Under the pieces are notes generated by a model that did not search any database, was not told the origin of the DNA, and was given only the letters and a program-made list of their open reading frames with translations. The translations under genes were made by a program, and so were the position numbers. DNA of 64,000 nt from Alphaproteobacteria bacterium (GTDB lineage Bacteria; Pseudomonadota; Alphaproteobacteria; SP197), in NCBI GenBank assembly GCA_964291265.2, contig OZ219747.1, positions 1,696,001 through 1,760,000 on the forward strand. Reading direction: 5' to 3'. Of the stretch, positions 10,878 through 19,745 are shown in pieces. Position 1 is the first letter of the stretch; every line of letters starts with the position of its first letter.

Positions 10878-11202
10878 GATCCGTCTCGAGAGCGGGGGTG
10901 GACCCGGACGCAAAATGGCTCGACAATACACGGGAGTTCGGTCCCCCGTGACCGGCTCGTCCGGGTGCTGCGCCGGGGGGCGTCATCACAACTCTGCCCG
11001 GCATCGCATCGCTCTTTCTTTCGATGCCGATCTAGCATCCACCCGGGGCGGCGGCAAAAACGCCGCCCCGGGACCGGACAACACGACCCAGACCACAGGG
11101 AAAACAGACGATCCCGCGAGTGCCTCGGAACCGAAACCCTCCCGGCAACCGTCACCAAGACCGAAGCAGAGGCCGACGGAACAATCCGAACCGGACCAAA
11201 AC

Positions 11203-11295
11203 GACAATAGGAAAACGGGCGGCGCTCGGGGAGACAATCAGCCGAACACTGAACCCACGACAACAGGACGTGACAATAGGACCTGACAACAGGGA
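11203..11295. repeat. Subterminal GACAA(C/T)AGG repeats, three at 13-bp period plus one upstream
   Basis: GACAATAGG 11203; GACAACAGG 11259; GACAATAGG 11272; GACAACAGG 11285. Confidence 0.8.
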
Positions 11296-11949
11296 AGAAA
11301 CACGACCCTGACAAAGCGCGGCAAATCGCCGAAATCCCGCCGTTCTATGCAGCCATCAACAATCGCCAGTCGCCCTCGCGGTTCCTCGTCATGTTGGCGA
11401 CGATGCAGTGGGTATGGAGCTGGGGGTCGAGATCGCGGCTGGTCAGGTGGCGGAACCCCGCCACGACCGAGCCGTCGGCCTTCACCCGGGGGCGGCGCCT
11501 CGTCGCCGGATCCCAGCCCCGGGTCTCCAGCAGCTCCGCCTCGATCCAGTCGAGCGTCGCCCGCACCGCCTCGTCGTGGGCGCGGATGACACGCTCATCC
11601 CCCACCACCAGAGCCTCGATCGACACCGACTTGGGCGCCGAACAGGTGATGTCCCAGCCCGGACGGTGCTGGTGCTCGCCCTCGACGATCCGCCCCAGCC
11701 GGATGTCCGTCTTCGGAACCTTGCCCTGCAGCACCGACTCGAAGCGTGACGGCACCACGTGACCGCGCAAGCCGAGCTCGCGGGCCGCGGCGCCGTGCCA
11801 GAAGCTCGCCTTGCGGTGCTCGGGATCGTTCCGCGCGTAGTACCCGTCCTGCTCGTAGTACGAAACCGCGGTCGCCGAGGACGCCAGTTCGTGAACCGTC
11901 GCCACCATGGGTCAGGCCAGGGACCGCTTGCAGGTGCGCTGTCCGCAGC

Positions 11950-12843
11950 TCACCGGAACAATTGGTGCATCAGGAACATCTGATCCTCCAGCAACATGCC
12001 GGCAACGATCGCCAGGAGGATGACCGGCAGCGCCACCCGGAAATGGCGCAGACTGCGGGACTGTCTCGCCGCTTCGCGGGCCTCCGTGGAGAGAAGCGAA
12101 AGGTCATTCCTGACCGTCCCGAAGGACACGTGAAGCGAGTTGACCCGTTTGCCGTGGGTGTCGAGCGACGTGTGAACCGTCTCGAAGTCGCCGGACATGT
12201 CTTTCGTCAAAGTGCGCTGTGCGCTCTCGAGCTCGGCGACCCTCGCCGCCAGCCTGTCGATGCTGGCAAACCCCTTTACCAACTCTTCCGAAATCCCGCC
12301 GGCCGTCTCGGGCGTCGCAGGGGTAGCGGGGGTGGGCATGGCCGTCGGCGGCGCCGCGACTTCGTCGGGTCGTGGAATGCGCTCCACGGCGGCCCTGAGG
12401 TCGTCACGCACCTCTCCCAGAGAGCTGACGACCTTCGGAAAGAGCGCCGCACTCTCCTCGAGGCGTGCCGTGGCGCAATTCATCGCTTCCACTTCAGCGC
12501 TGACTTCCGCCGGGTCGTTCTGACGCCGACCCTCCTCGGTGTCGGGAGCGGGCGCCACCGCCTTCATGAGTTCGTCGTACTGAGACGTGGTCGCCGTGAC
12601 CTGCTTCTCCGTGGCAGTCTCAAGCTTCCCGATGGCCGCAAGGACATCGGCATGCGCCTCTGGCGCAGGCAGCGTGTCGGAAGGCAGGTAGTCCCGCACC
12701 AGTTGCTGCAGGTCCGTGCTGATCTCCAGCAGCCGGTCGATCTTCTCCGCGTCAACCGCAGCCGGCGGCGCGGCTGGCCGCAGAGGTTGCAGGAGATCGT
12801 TGTCGGGTGTCGTGTGTGGTGTCGCGTCGCGATCGGCTGTCAT
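11950..12843 (-). CDS. Hypothetical coiled-coil protein with C-terminal transmembrane helix, directly upstream of the relaxase
   Basis: 297-aa ORF, helical composition, hydrophobic VALPVILLAIVAGMLL; co-oriented with the relaxase. Confidence 0.6.
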   Translation of the reverse strand: MTADRDATPHTTPDNDLLQPLRPAAPPAAVDAEKIDRLLEISTDLQQLVRDYLPSDTLPAPEAHADVLAAIGKLETATEKQVTATTSQYDELMKAVAPAPDTEEGRRQNDPAEVSAEVEAMNCATARLEESAALFPKVVSSLGEVRDDLRAAVERIPRPDEVAAPPTAMPTPATPATPETAGGISEELVKGFASIDRLAARVAELESAQRTLTKDMSGDFETVHTSLDTHGKRVNSLHVSFGTVRNDLSLLSTEAREAARQSRSLRHFRVALPVILLAIVAGMLLEDQMFLMHQLFR

Positions 12844-13029
12844 GGTGTCAGGCTTCCCAGTGGACTTCCACCGTCATGATACCGACCGCACCATGCGCGT
12901 CATCTGTCGAAGCTCCATAATGCTTGGCGCCATGCCCTCCGTCGTGACGGACAAGCGCTGTAAGCGTTCGGCCACTCGGTGATTGGGGCGATGACAGCAC
13001 TGAACGAATGCAAGCGAGTCCCGGAGCCA

Positions 13030-13250
13030 TGCGTGGTTTTCACTATCATTCTTATCATCGTCACCCTGTGACCGAACGCCTACTCGGCGACAGCCCGAAA
13101 TCTCTGGCGGCCGTGATGGGGCTGACCGACGAGGGCCGGATCCGGCCGCTGATAAGCCAAGTCCTAACGCTCTATCGGGCGGTCGAGGCGCATCGCATCA
13201 TAGCGGCTGGCGAGAACACACGCGGGTGGCTCGTGCTCGATACAAGGAGA
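13030..13250 (+). pseudogene. Probable C-terminal fragment of a zinc-binding/quinone oxidoreductase
   Basis: GRIRPLISQVLTLYRAVEAHRIIAAGENTRGWLVL resembles the MDR-family C-terminus; N-terminal part absent. Confidence 0.35.
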
Positions 13251-13408
13251 TTGGCGTCGCAACCGCCCGTCACGGACTGCTCCGGGGGCGGACGATCATG
13301 CACGCAACTGCCTCGTGACCCTGAACTCACTGGACTTTCGGTGACGGGGCACGGCATCCGACTGTCGTTGCCCTATGCCCTGTTGAGTTCGACCTCACAA
13401 GAAAGTTA

Positions 13409-13879
13409 CTACGTTACTCTCGATTTTTTAATACAATAGAATAGAGAATTTGCCTCGCAAGCAGCCTTGTCAACATCCGCAATAAAGGTTTCAACTTCTT
13501 CCTGATTCCAGCGCAGGTCAGAGATCGGCCTGGATGGCGTGGTCTGATAGTGAAGTATTTGTCCTTCCATGGGATCTGTGACCGGATGAGCATGAATCAA
13601 TGCATTGCGTCTTGGAATAAAATTATTGAATGTTTTCTGACAACATGCCAGTGATTTTTGTAGGCTGGGGGCGAGAGCATCACCGCATTCGAGAGCTGCG
13701 GAAAATTTATCGTAAACACCCTTGGATGTCAAAATTTTACTTCTACTATATTCGGAAACAAAACCTGGCTTCAATTCATCAATGATGTAAATGATCTGCC
13801 ACTCGTAATACGAGAAAACATACACAGCTATTCCTACCAATCTGACATAGGCTTCAGAGAACGGTATCCTGGTTTCCAT
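13409..13879 (-). CDS. Small HEPN-like protein (RX4H), low GC
   Basis: GGAGG RBS; helical N-terminus VGIAVYVFSYYEW; RNALIH motif. Confidence 0.6.
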   Translation of the reverse strand: METRIPFSEAYVRLVGIAVYVFSYYEWQIIYIIDELKPGFVSEYSRSKILTSKGVYDKFSAALECGDALAPSLQKSLACCQKTFNNFIPRRNALIHAHPVTDPMEGQILHYQTTPSRPISDLRWNQEEVETFIADVDKAACEANSLFYCIKKSRVT

Positions 13880-14014
13880 CGTTTCAATCCTCCGGGATAG
13901 TTGGGTATTGCAATTGAAAAGTGCACGCCTTTTTGAAGTGGCACTGCGATGCATCGCTCGGCCTCTTCGATTTTGATTAGAAGCAAACTGACTATACTAT
14001 TGTTTCCAACATTC

Positions 14015-14947
14015 TCAACTCTCTACAGGCCGAACGCTCGACAAGGACGAGCCGCTGGAAGGCTCGAATTGCCTCGGCATGGCAACGACAAAAGCATAAC
14101 CTGCGCCGGCAACATAGATGTTGTCGGGACCCGCGATGGAAGCGGCTTCGGCAATCCGGAAGATGGCATCCACCGTCCTGCTGCGGATGCTGGAAATGTC
14201 CTCAAGTGAGAATTTTGGTTCAAAAGCGACTGGAAAGCCGTCATGTTGGTGAAGATTCCTTAAATAGCCCGATTCATCCTCCTGGATGTTGATCCATGCG
14301 CCGTGACAAAGCGCGCTGCGCAAGGACCGGAGTTCCATCAGGCGCACGATGAGGTCTTCGCGAACGGTGTGGGGGACTCGAACATCTTCTTTCAGAACCT
14401 GGTCGAGCTCGCAGTTAAGGCCATGCAAGGCGTCAACTTGAGACTGCTTGATTCGGTTGAACCATTGGGAGATCATCACGTCGTCGTCTGTATCCAGGAG
14501 AACGCGCGCTTTTTCGGTTGTGGAAAGGATTGCGAAGCAAGTCGATGCAATAATGTCTTCCAGATATCCGAAAGTCGCGACCGTCTTTCCGAGTTCTTGC
14601 CAGAAGGTAGAGGATTCCCGGTTCACGGGCCAAGAGGAGGGAAAGGCTTTTCGGTCGACCGGCAGATAGCGTCGCATTCGTTCTCGAGCTTGTCGGATTT
14701 CTCGGGGGTTACGGGATTTTGCAAGACGGTGAATGAACCATAATCCGTTTTTTTGATTTGGGCGCTGCTCCTGGCCGGCAATTCGCCCAGCGCGGAGAAG
14801 GTTGCGGAGCGACAGGCCGTTTTTGTGATCTTTCAGGAGGCCCGCATGGTCGAGCCAGCCGGCGGCCTCTACGGCGCGAACCTCGTCGCGCCATTCACGT
14901 TCGAGGCGTTCCTGCAGGTAAAGACTGATGGCGTAGAGATCAGGCAT
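14015..14947 (-). CDS. Two-domain protein: possible winged-helix N-terminus plus HEPN-like C-terminus (RX4H)
   Basis: Real start MPDLYA at 14947; ELGKTVATFGYLE helix and RSALCH motif followed by GAW. Confidence 0.6.
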   Translation of the reverse strand: MPDLYAISLYLQERLEREWRDEVRAVEAAGWLDHAGLLKDHKNGLSLRNLLRAGRIAGQEQRPNQKNGLWFIHRLAKSRNPREIRQARERMRRYLPVDRKAFPSSWPVNRESSTFWQELGKTVATFGYLEDIIASTCFAILSTTEKARVLLDTDDDVMISQWFNRIKQSQVDALHGLNCELDQVLKEDVRVPHTVREDLIVRLMELRSLRSALCHGAWINIQEDESGYLRNLHQHDGFPVAFEPKFSLEDISSIRSRTVDAIFRIAEAASIAGPDNIYVAGAGYAFVVAMPRQFEPSSGSSLSSVRPVES

Positions 14948-15153
14948 TGGGTACTCTCGATGCAGCCTTGTGTGAATGACGCGCGAGTGACCGGAAGGAG
15001 GATATCCGATATCACACCTTCGCGGAAGACACGTCTGGACACTGGTCTCCCGCCGTCGATGGCAAGTCCCCTCAGACGCGGCGGACTTCCACGACCCACG
15101 CCACGAACCGGCAACGGCTTGCGAGCCGGCGATCATGGTGCGGGATGCGGGGC

Positions 15154-17499
15154 CTTTCAAAGTGCCAGACTTGTATAGGTGATTCGTTTCGTGCATGCTG
15201 CGTGCATGCAGGTTGGTCTCCGCCATTTCGATTCGCAGACGCTTGACTGGTTTGCCGGCGCGTTGCGCTCCGCCGACGCCACCCGTCACGGTCTGGCACG
15301 CGAGCTTTGCGAGCGCACCGGTTGGCGCAACGCGCTCGGCCGTCCGTGCCTGTCGGCGGCGGCGAAGGTGCTGCCGGCGCTCGCCGAGCGCGTGGGGTTG
15401 GAGCTTCCGCCGCCGCGGAGCGTGCCCGATCCGACCGTCGTGCCCGCCGTCCCGGCCGGTGACGTCCCCGACACCAAGCTGGTCTGCCTGCTGGAGGATC
15501 TCGGCCCGGTCTCGCTCGAACCGGTGGGCGACGCCGACGATCGCCGTCTCTGGGAGGCGATGATGGCGACGCACCACCCGCTGGGATGGACGCGCTCGCC
15601 CGGCGGGCAGGTGCGCTACTGGATCCGCTCGCAACGCCACGGCACCCTCGGCGGGATCGGCTTCGGGTCCGCGACCTGGCAGCTGCGGGCGCGGGATGAG
15701 TGGATCGCATGGTCCGCCGACGCCCGTGCCGCCAACATCGAGCGTGTGATCTGCGGTCATCGGTTTCTCCTGCTTCCCGGCGTTCGGGTCTACGGACTGG
15801 CCTCCCGGGTCCTGCGCATGGCGGCGGAGCGCATCGCCGACGATTGGGAGGCCCGCTATGCGGTGCGCCCGGTGGCGGCCTACACTCATGTCGGTGCGGA
15901 GCACAGCGGCTATTGCTACCACTGCGCCGGCTGGACCGTGGCCGGGCGGACCAGCGGGCGCCGGGGCAAGGCCGGCACGGTGCGGGTCCTGGCCCTGGAG
16001 AGCGGCTGGCGGACGGTGCTCCACGGGACACAGCGCCGTCCACTCGGCGCCCTGGCGGGCGTCTATGACGGCACTGACGCGGACTGGGCGGAGCGGGAGT
16101 ACGGGCGCACGCGCCATACCGACGGCCGGGTGCGGCGACGCATCGTTGACATGGGCCGGGCCTGGATGAAGAACATGGGGGAGGACCTGCCGATCATCTT
16201 TCCCGAGAAGGCGGAGCAGAAGGCCGCTTATCGGTTGCTGTCGAACCCGAGGGTATCCATGGAGCACGTTCTGGAAGCGCATGTTGAGGCGACCGTGGAG
16301 CGTTGTCGGACAGAGCCTCTTGTCCTTGCGATACAGGACACGACGGCGATCAACTACAGCGGCTTGGAGGCCACGAAGGGTCTGGACAAGATCGGCGGCG
16401 GTGGCAAGGGGAGCGTCGGCATCCTCGCCCACGCCGGTCTGGCGGTGACGTCGGAGGGCCGGCCGCTGGGCCTGTTCACGATGGATGCGGCCTTTCGGCA
16501 GGAGCCCGGGGAGGACAGTCAGCGCTGGGTCACCGGGCTTGAGCGGGCCCGGGAGCTCGCGGCGGCCTGCCCGGACACGCGTGTCGTCTCGGTCTGCGAC
16601 CGCGAGGGCGACTTCTGGGAACTGCTCGCCCATGCCGCGGACGCCGGAGCCGCGCTGCTGGTGCGTGCGAGCCGTTCGGCGAAACAGCGTGTGGGTGAGC
16701 CCGACGGCAAAGAGACGTGCCTGTGGAAGCATGTCGCGGCCCGGCCGCTGGTCGCAGTGACGGAGCTGACGATCCCGGCCGCTGGCGGCCCGCGCGCCCG
16801 CAAGGAGCGCGTCGCCCGTCTCGAGATCCGCACGGCACAGGTCGAGGTGGCGCCGCCGCAAAAGGAGCGCGACGCGGAGCCTGTGTCCATGTTCGCGGTC
16901 TCGGCCAGCGAGGCCGGAACCGGTGACGGCGACGAGGCCCTGCACTGGCTGCTGCTGACCACCGAGCGCCCGGCACCAGGGGAGGCCGAGGCCGTGCACG
17001 CGGCGACCGTCCTGGGCTGGTACCGGACGCGATGGAGCATCGAGACCTGGTTCCGCACGCTGAAGACCGGGACCCGGATCAAGGACCGCCGGCTCGACAG
17101 GGCCGACGACCTGAAGACGTGCCTTGCCTTCGACGCCGTCACCGCCGTCCATGTTGCCGACCTGACCGTGCTTGCGCGCGAGCGTCCCTTGACCCCGGCG
17201 AGCGAGGTGTTTGCCGAGGAGGACATCGACCTGCTCCGCACGCTGCTGGAATCCCAGGGTCACCGGGAAGTCCGGGCGATGGGCGATGTCCGTGCCGTCG
17301 TCATCGGCCTTGGGCGCCTCGTCGGGTGGCATCCCACGCCGCGCCAGACGCTCCCGGGAGCGAAGAAGCTCTGGCAGGGTCTCGAAAGGCTGAACTGGGC
17401 GATCCAGGTGCGTGACGCACTTGGCGCAAGAAGGCGGCACGAAGCACTCGGTGAGAGAAGGCGGGAGTAACATCCCTATACAGCGTGGGTGGTTGAAAG
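15154..17499 (+). mobile_element. IS4-family (IS50/Tn5-like) insertion sequence, 2346 bp
   Basis: Imperfect IR CTTTCAA-N10/11-TGTATAGG at both ends; 9-bp target duplication ATGCGGGGC at 15145-15153 and 17500-17508. Confidence 0.88.
15179..17470 (+). CDS. IS4-family transposase with N-terminal DUF4338 (DruA-like) domain
   Basis: DDE motifs LAIQDTT, VCDREGD, YRTRWSIETWFRTLK; N-terminal HHPLG...GQVRY, RDEWIAW, RFLLLPGV, AYTHVGAEHSGYCYHCAGW; start may be ATG 15206. Confidence 0.85.
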   Translation: MIRFVHAACMQVGLRHFDSQTLDWFAGALRSADATRHGLARELCERTGWRNALGRPCLSAAAKVLPALAERVGLELPPPRSVPDPTVVPAVPAGDVPDTKLVCLLEDLGPVSLEPVGDADDRRLWEAMMATHHPLGWTRSPGGQVRYWIRSQRHGTLGGIGFGSATWQLRARDEWIAWSADARAANIERVICGHRFLLLPGVRVYGLASRVLRMAAERIADDWEARYAVRPVAAYTHVGAEHSGYCYHCAGWTVAGRTSGRRGKAGTVRVLALESGWRTVLHGTQRRPLGALAGVYDGTDADWAEREYGRTRHTDGRVRRRIVDMGRAWMKNMGEDLPIIFPEKAEQKAAYRLLSNPRVSMEHVLEAHVEATVERCRTEPLVLAIQDTTAINYSGLEATKGLDKIGGGGKGSVGILAHAGLAVTSEGRPLGLFTMDAAFRQEPGEDSQRWVTGLERARELAAACPDTRVVSVCDREGDFWELLAHAADAGAALLVRASRSAKQRVGEPDGKETCLWKHVAARPLVAVTELTIPAAGGPRARKERVARLEIRTAQVEVAPPQKERDAEPVSMFAVSASEAGTGDGDEALHWLLLTTERPAPGEAEAVHAATVLGWYRTRWSIETWFRTLKTGTRIKDRRLDRADDLKTCLAFDAVTAVHVADLTVLARERPLTPASEVFAEEDIDLLRTLLESQGHREVRAMGDVRAVVIGLGRLVGWHPTPRQTLPGAKKLWQGLERLNWAIQVRDALGARRRHEALGERRRE

Positions 17500-17521
17500 A
17501 TGCGGGGCTGGGTGTCCCCCG

Positions 17522-18703
17522 CCACTCAGCTGAATCTAAAGTTCGTGGTATAAGTTCTGTTCGACGCGGAAACAGAAGCGCTTGACGACGGCAAGGATTT
17601 TGTCGGCTGATTTGGCCCACTGGAAGGGTTTGGGATTTTCGTTGTGGGTTTCGATGAAGGCCTGAATGCCGGTTTCGCGTTGCAGGGTCGAGCGGTTGAC
17701 GCCACGCTGCAACTGCTCGCGGGTCAACTCTGCGAACCAGCGCTCGACCTGATTGAGCCAGGAGGCGGATGTCGGCGTGAAGTGGACGTGCCAGTGCGGT
17801 CGCCGGGCCAGTCAGGCGTCGACCGCCACGGTTTTGTGGGTGGCGTAGTTGTCAATGACGATTTGGATATCCAGACCCTCGGGAGCGGAGCGGTCGATCT
17901 GCTTGAGGAAGTCGAGGAACTCCTTGGCCCGGAGGCGCGATAGCACTTGCCGATGACCGCGCCGGTGGCGATGTCGACCGCGGCGAACAGCGAGGTGGTG
18001 CCGTTGCGCTTGTAGTCGTGCGTGCGCCGCTCAGCCATTCCCGGCAGCATCGACAGGACCGGCTGGGTGCGGTCGAAAGCCTGGCTCCGGCTTTTCTCGT
18101 TGACACATAGCATCAGTGCGCGGTCCGGCGGCGACAGATGGGGTCCGACGATGTCCCGTACCTTGTCCACGAAGTGCGGGTCGCTGGAGAGCTTGAAGGT
18201 CTCGCAGCGGTGCGGCTGCAGGCCGAACGCGCTCCGGATGCGCCGGCGTCGTGTGCGACAGGCCGGTCACCTTCGCCATAGAGCGCAGCGGCCAATGAGT
18301 GGCATCGGCCGGGGTGGAGGTCAACGCCCGCTCGATCACGTCGGCGACCCGCTCGTCCGCGAGACTGCGCGGCCGCCCCGACCGAGGCTCGTCCGACAGG
18401 CCCTCGAGACGATCCCGCACGAAACGGCGACGCCATTTCCCCACCGTGTGCTCATGCACGCCAAGCCCGGCCGCCACTGTTTGCCCGGACTATCCGGGCA
18501 ACGCAGGATCATGCGGCACCGATCCGCCAGCGAGCGCGCAATACGCTGGCGACGAACCTGCGCCTCCAGATACGACCGTTCCTAATCACTCAAGACCAGC
18601 ACCGTCATGGGCCGTCCCATACCGCGGGGCATTGCCATGACCTCCGTGTTCACACTCGGACGGCCATCATAAAACCATGTTTGCTTCAGTCCCGGATGAC
18701 TAG
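17522..18703 (-). pseudogene. IS630-family element, frameshifted transposase relic
   Basis: Fragments WRRRFVRDRLEGLSDEPRSGRPR, ERRTHDYKRNGTTSLFAA, HNENPKPFQWAKSADKI in different frames; one end GATGACTAG; boundaries approximate. Confidence 0.82.
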
Positions 18704-18944
18704 GTCCCGACAAACAAGATCCAAGAGGCATTCCTCACCCCGGCTCGCACCCAAGCCCAAACTGACCACTATACGACTGATGCCGCTTTTCCCGTTACGA
18801 TCTTGATGGCCAATGTGGTGACGGTCTACTTCACTCCACCTGCGGATTTGGCCAGCCAATCACCTTGGTAAGGTAGTGGAAAGCTCGACATGGAAGAGGA
18901 TTTGGGGGCTGTTGTTCTCCGGACATGAAGGCCCGAGGAATCCT

Positions 18945-19745
18945 CTATACGGGCATTCGTATCAGAGTGCGGCTCTTGATCAACTTGCGAAAATAGTCCT
19001 CAATGCGCCGCGCGACAAGTTCCGAGTCAACGAGCAGGCCAAGCTCGATGTTTCGTTGCTGTGCGGCCTCGGTGAAGTTTGCTGACGTGACCAGGGCTTC
19101 GCGACCGTCGATGACCACACATTTTGCGTGCATGGAGCTTGCGGACCTCCCGGCCCTTTCAAGAGAGCGAGGATCGAAACAGATGTCGGGAAGGCGCTGG
19201 CCGGGCCACTCCTTATCTCGGAAGCGAACTGCAAACCGGCGGACAATGTCCCTTGCGAGTGAGGTATCACCGGGGCCCCGACTGATGTCAAGGCAGAGAG
19301 TTGCGTCGAGTGACGGGTCCGCGTCGAGACGGTCGGCAAGGACTCTGAACAGTGTCTTGCCCTGGTGGACCGCAAAGCCGGCTACGAGGATGCGTTGTGT
19401 GGCCCTTGCGAACAGCTGCCTGACAACAACACCGGTGTCGCGTGCTCCTTCGGTGTCGCCCGGGCCACTGACCACCACGTCGACGGGCCGTGATGTGGAA
19501 CTTCCTGACTCCAGCCCCGCCATGAAGGCGCGAAGGAGTCGCGCAAGGTCGCGTGGAGCCATACCCTCGGCAAAGAAGTGCGACAGACAGTGCGCCACGG
19601 TCTCGGCGACGGACATGGGAACGTGGGCATGAAGTGCAAGAGCACTGATTGGTGGAACGAGAAGGCCGGCATCGAGGAGTTCAGCGAGCCTCTGGAGGTC
19701 GTCCTTTGCAAGGGGGGAGAGGCCCTTGAAATCCCCGGTGTTCAC
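18945..19745 (-). CDS. drmC: DISARM phospholipase D-family nuclease DrmC
   Basis: HAKCVVIDG..TSANFT (HKD motif); last gene of the operon. Confidence 0.88.
   Translation of the reverse strand: MNTGDFKGLSPLAKDDLQRLAELLDAGLLVPPISALALHAHVPMSVAETVAHCLSHFFAEGMAPRDLARLLRAFMAGLESGSSTSRPVDVVVSGPGDTEGARDTGVVVRQLFARATQRILVAGFAVHQGKTLFRVLADRLDADPSLDATLCLDISRGPGDTSLARDIVRRFAVRFRDKEWPGQRLPDICFDPRSLERAGRSASSMHAKCVVIDGREALVTSANFTEAAQQRNIELGLLVDSELVARRIEDYFRKLIKSRTLIRMPV

Larger units (their letters stand above)
6036..11361 (-). mobile_element. 5.3-kb IS21-family transposon with passenger genes, copy 1
   Basis: Ends TGTCGGCGGCGATTTAGAACGGCGGGATATTGGCG and (reverse complement) TGTTGATGGCTGCATAGAACGGCGGGATTTCGGCG; 5-bp direct repeat ATCGC at 6031-6035 and 11362-11366; istA/istB; near-identical second copy. 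Confidence 0.93.
917..11908 (-). pseudogene. MOBF (TrwC/TraI-like) relaxase-helicase interrupted by the IS21-family element; N-part 11362-11908, C-part 917-6035
   Basis: N-part has SYYEQDGYY tyrosines, DITCSAPKSVS, HDEAV and HUH motif HLTSRDLDPQLHTHC; C-part has Walker A GHAGSGKTT, DEASM, STVHGAQG; removing 6036-11361 plus one ATCGC restores the in-frame ...GDWRSIEPT. Confidence 0.92.

Noticed and set aside
11203-11295. CRISPR array or mini-array
   Set aside because: Repeats are 9-11 bp at 13-bp period with no spacers, and no cas genes occur in the window
15179-17470. Druantia defence system
   Set aside because: The DUF4338 domain is fused to a transposase within IS ends, and no druE or other dru genes are present
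14015-17620. 1201-aa minus-strand ORF
   Set aside because: Most of it is antisense to the IS4 transposase; only 14015-14947 looks like real protein
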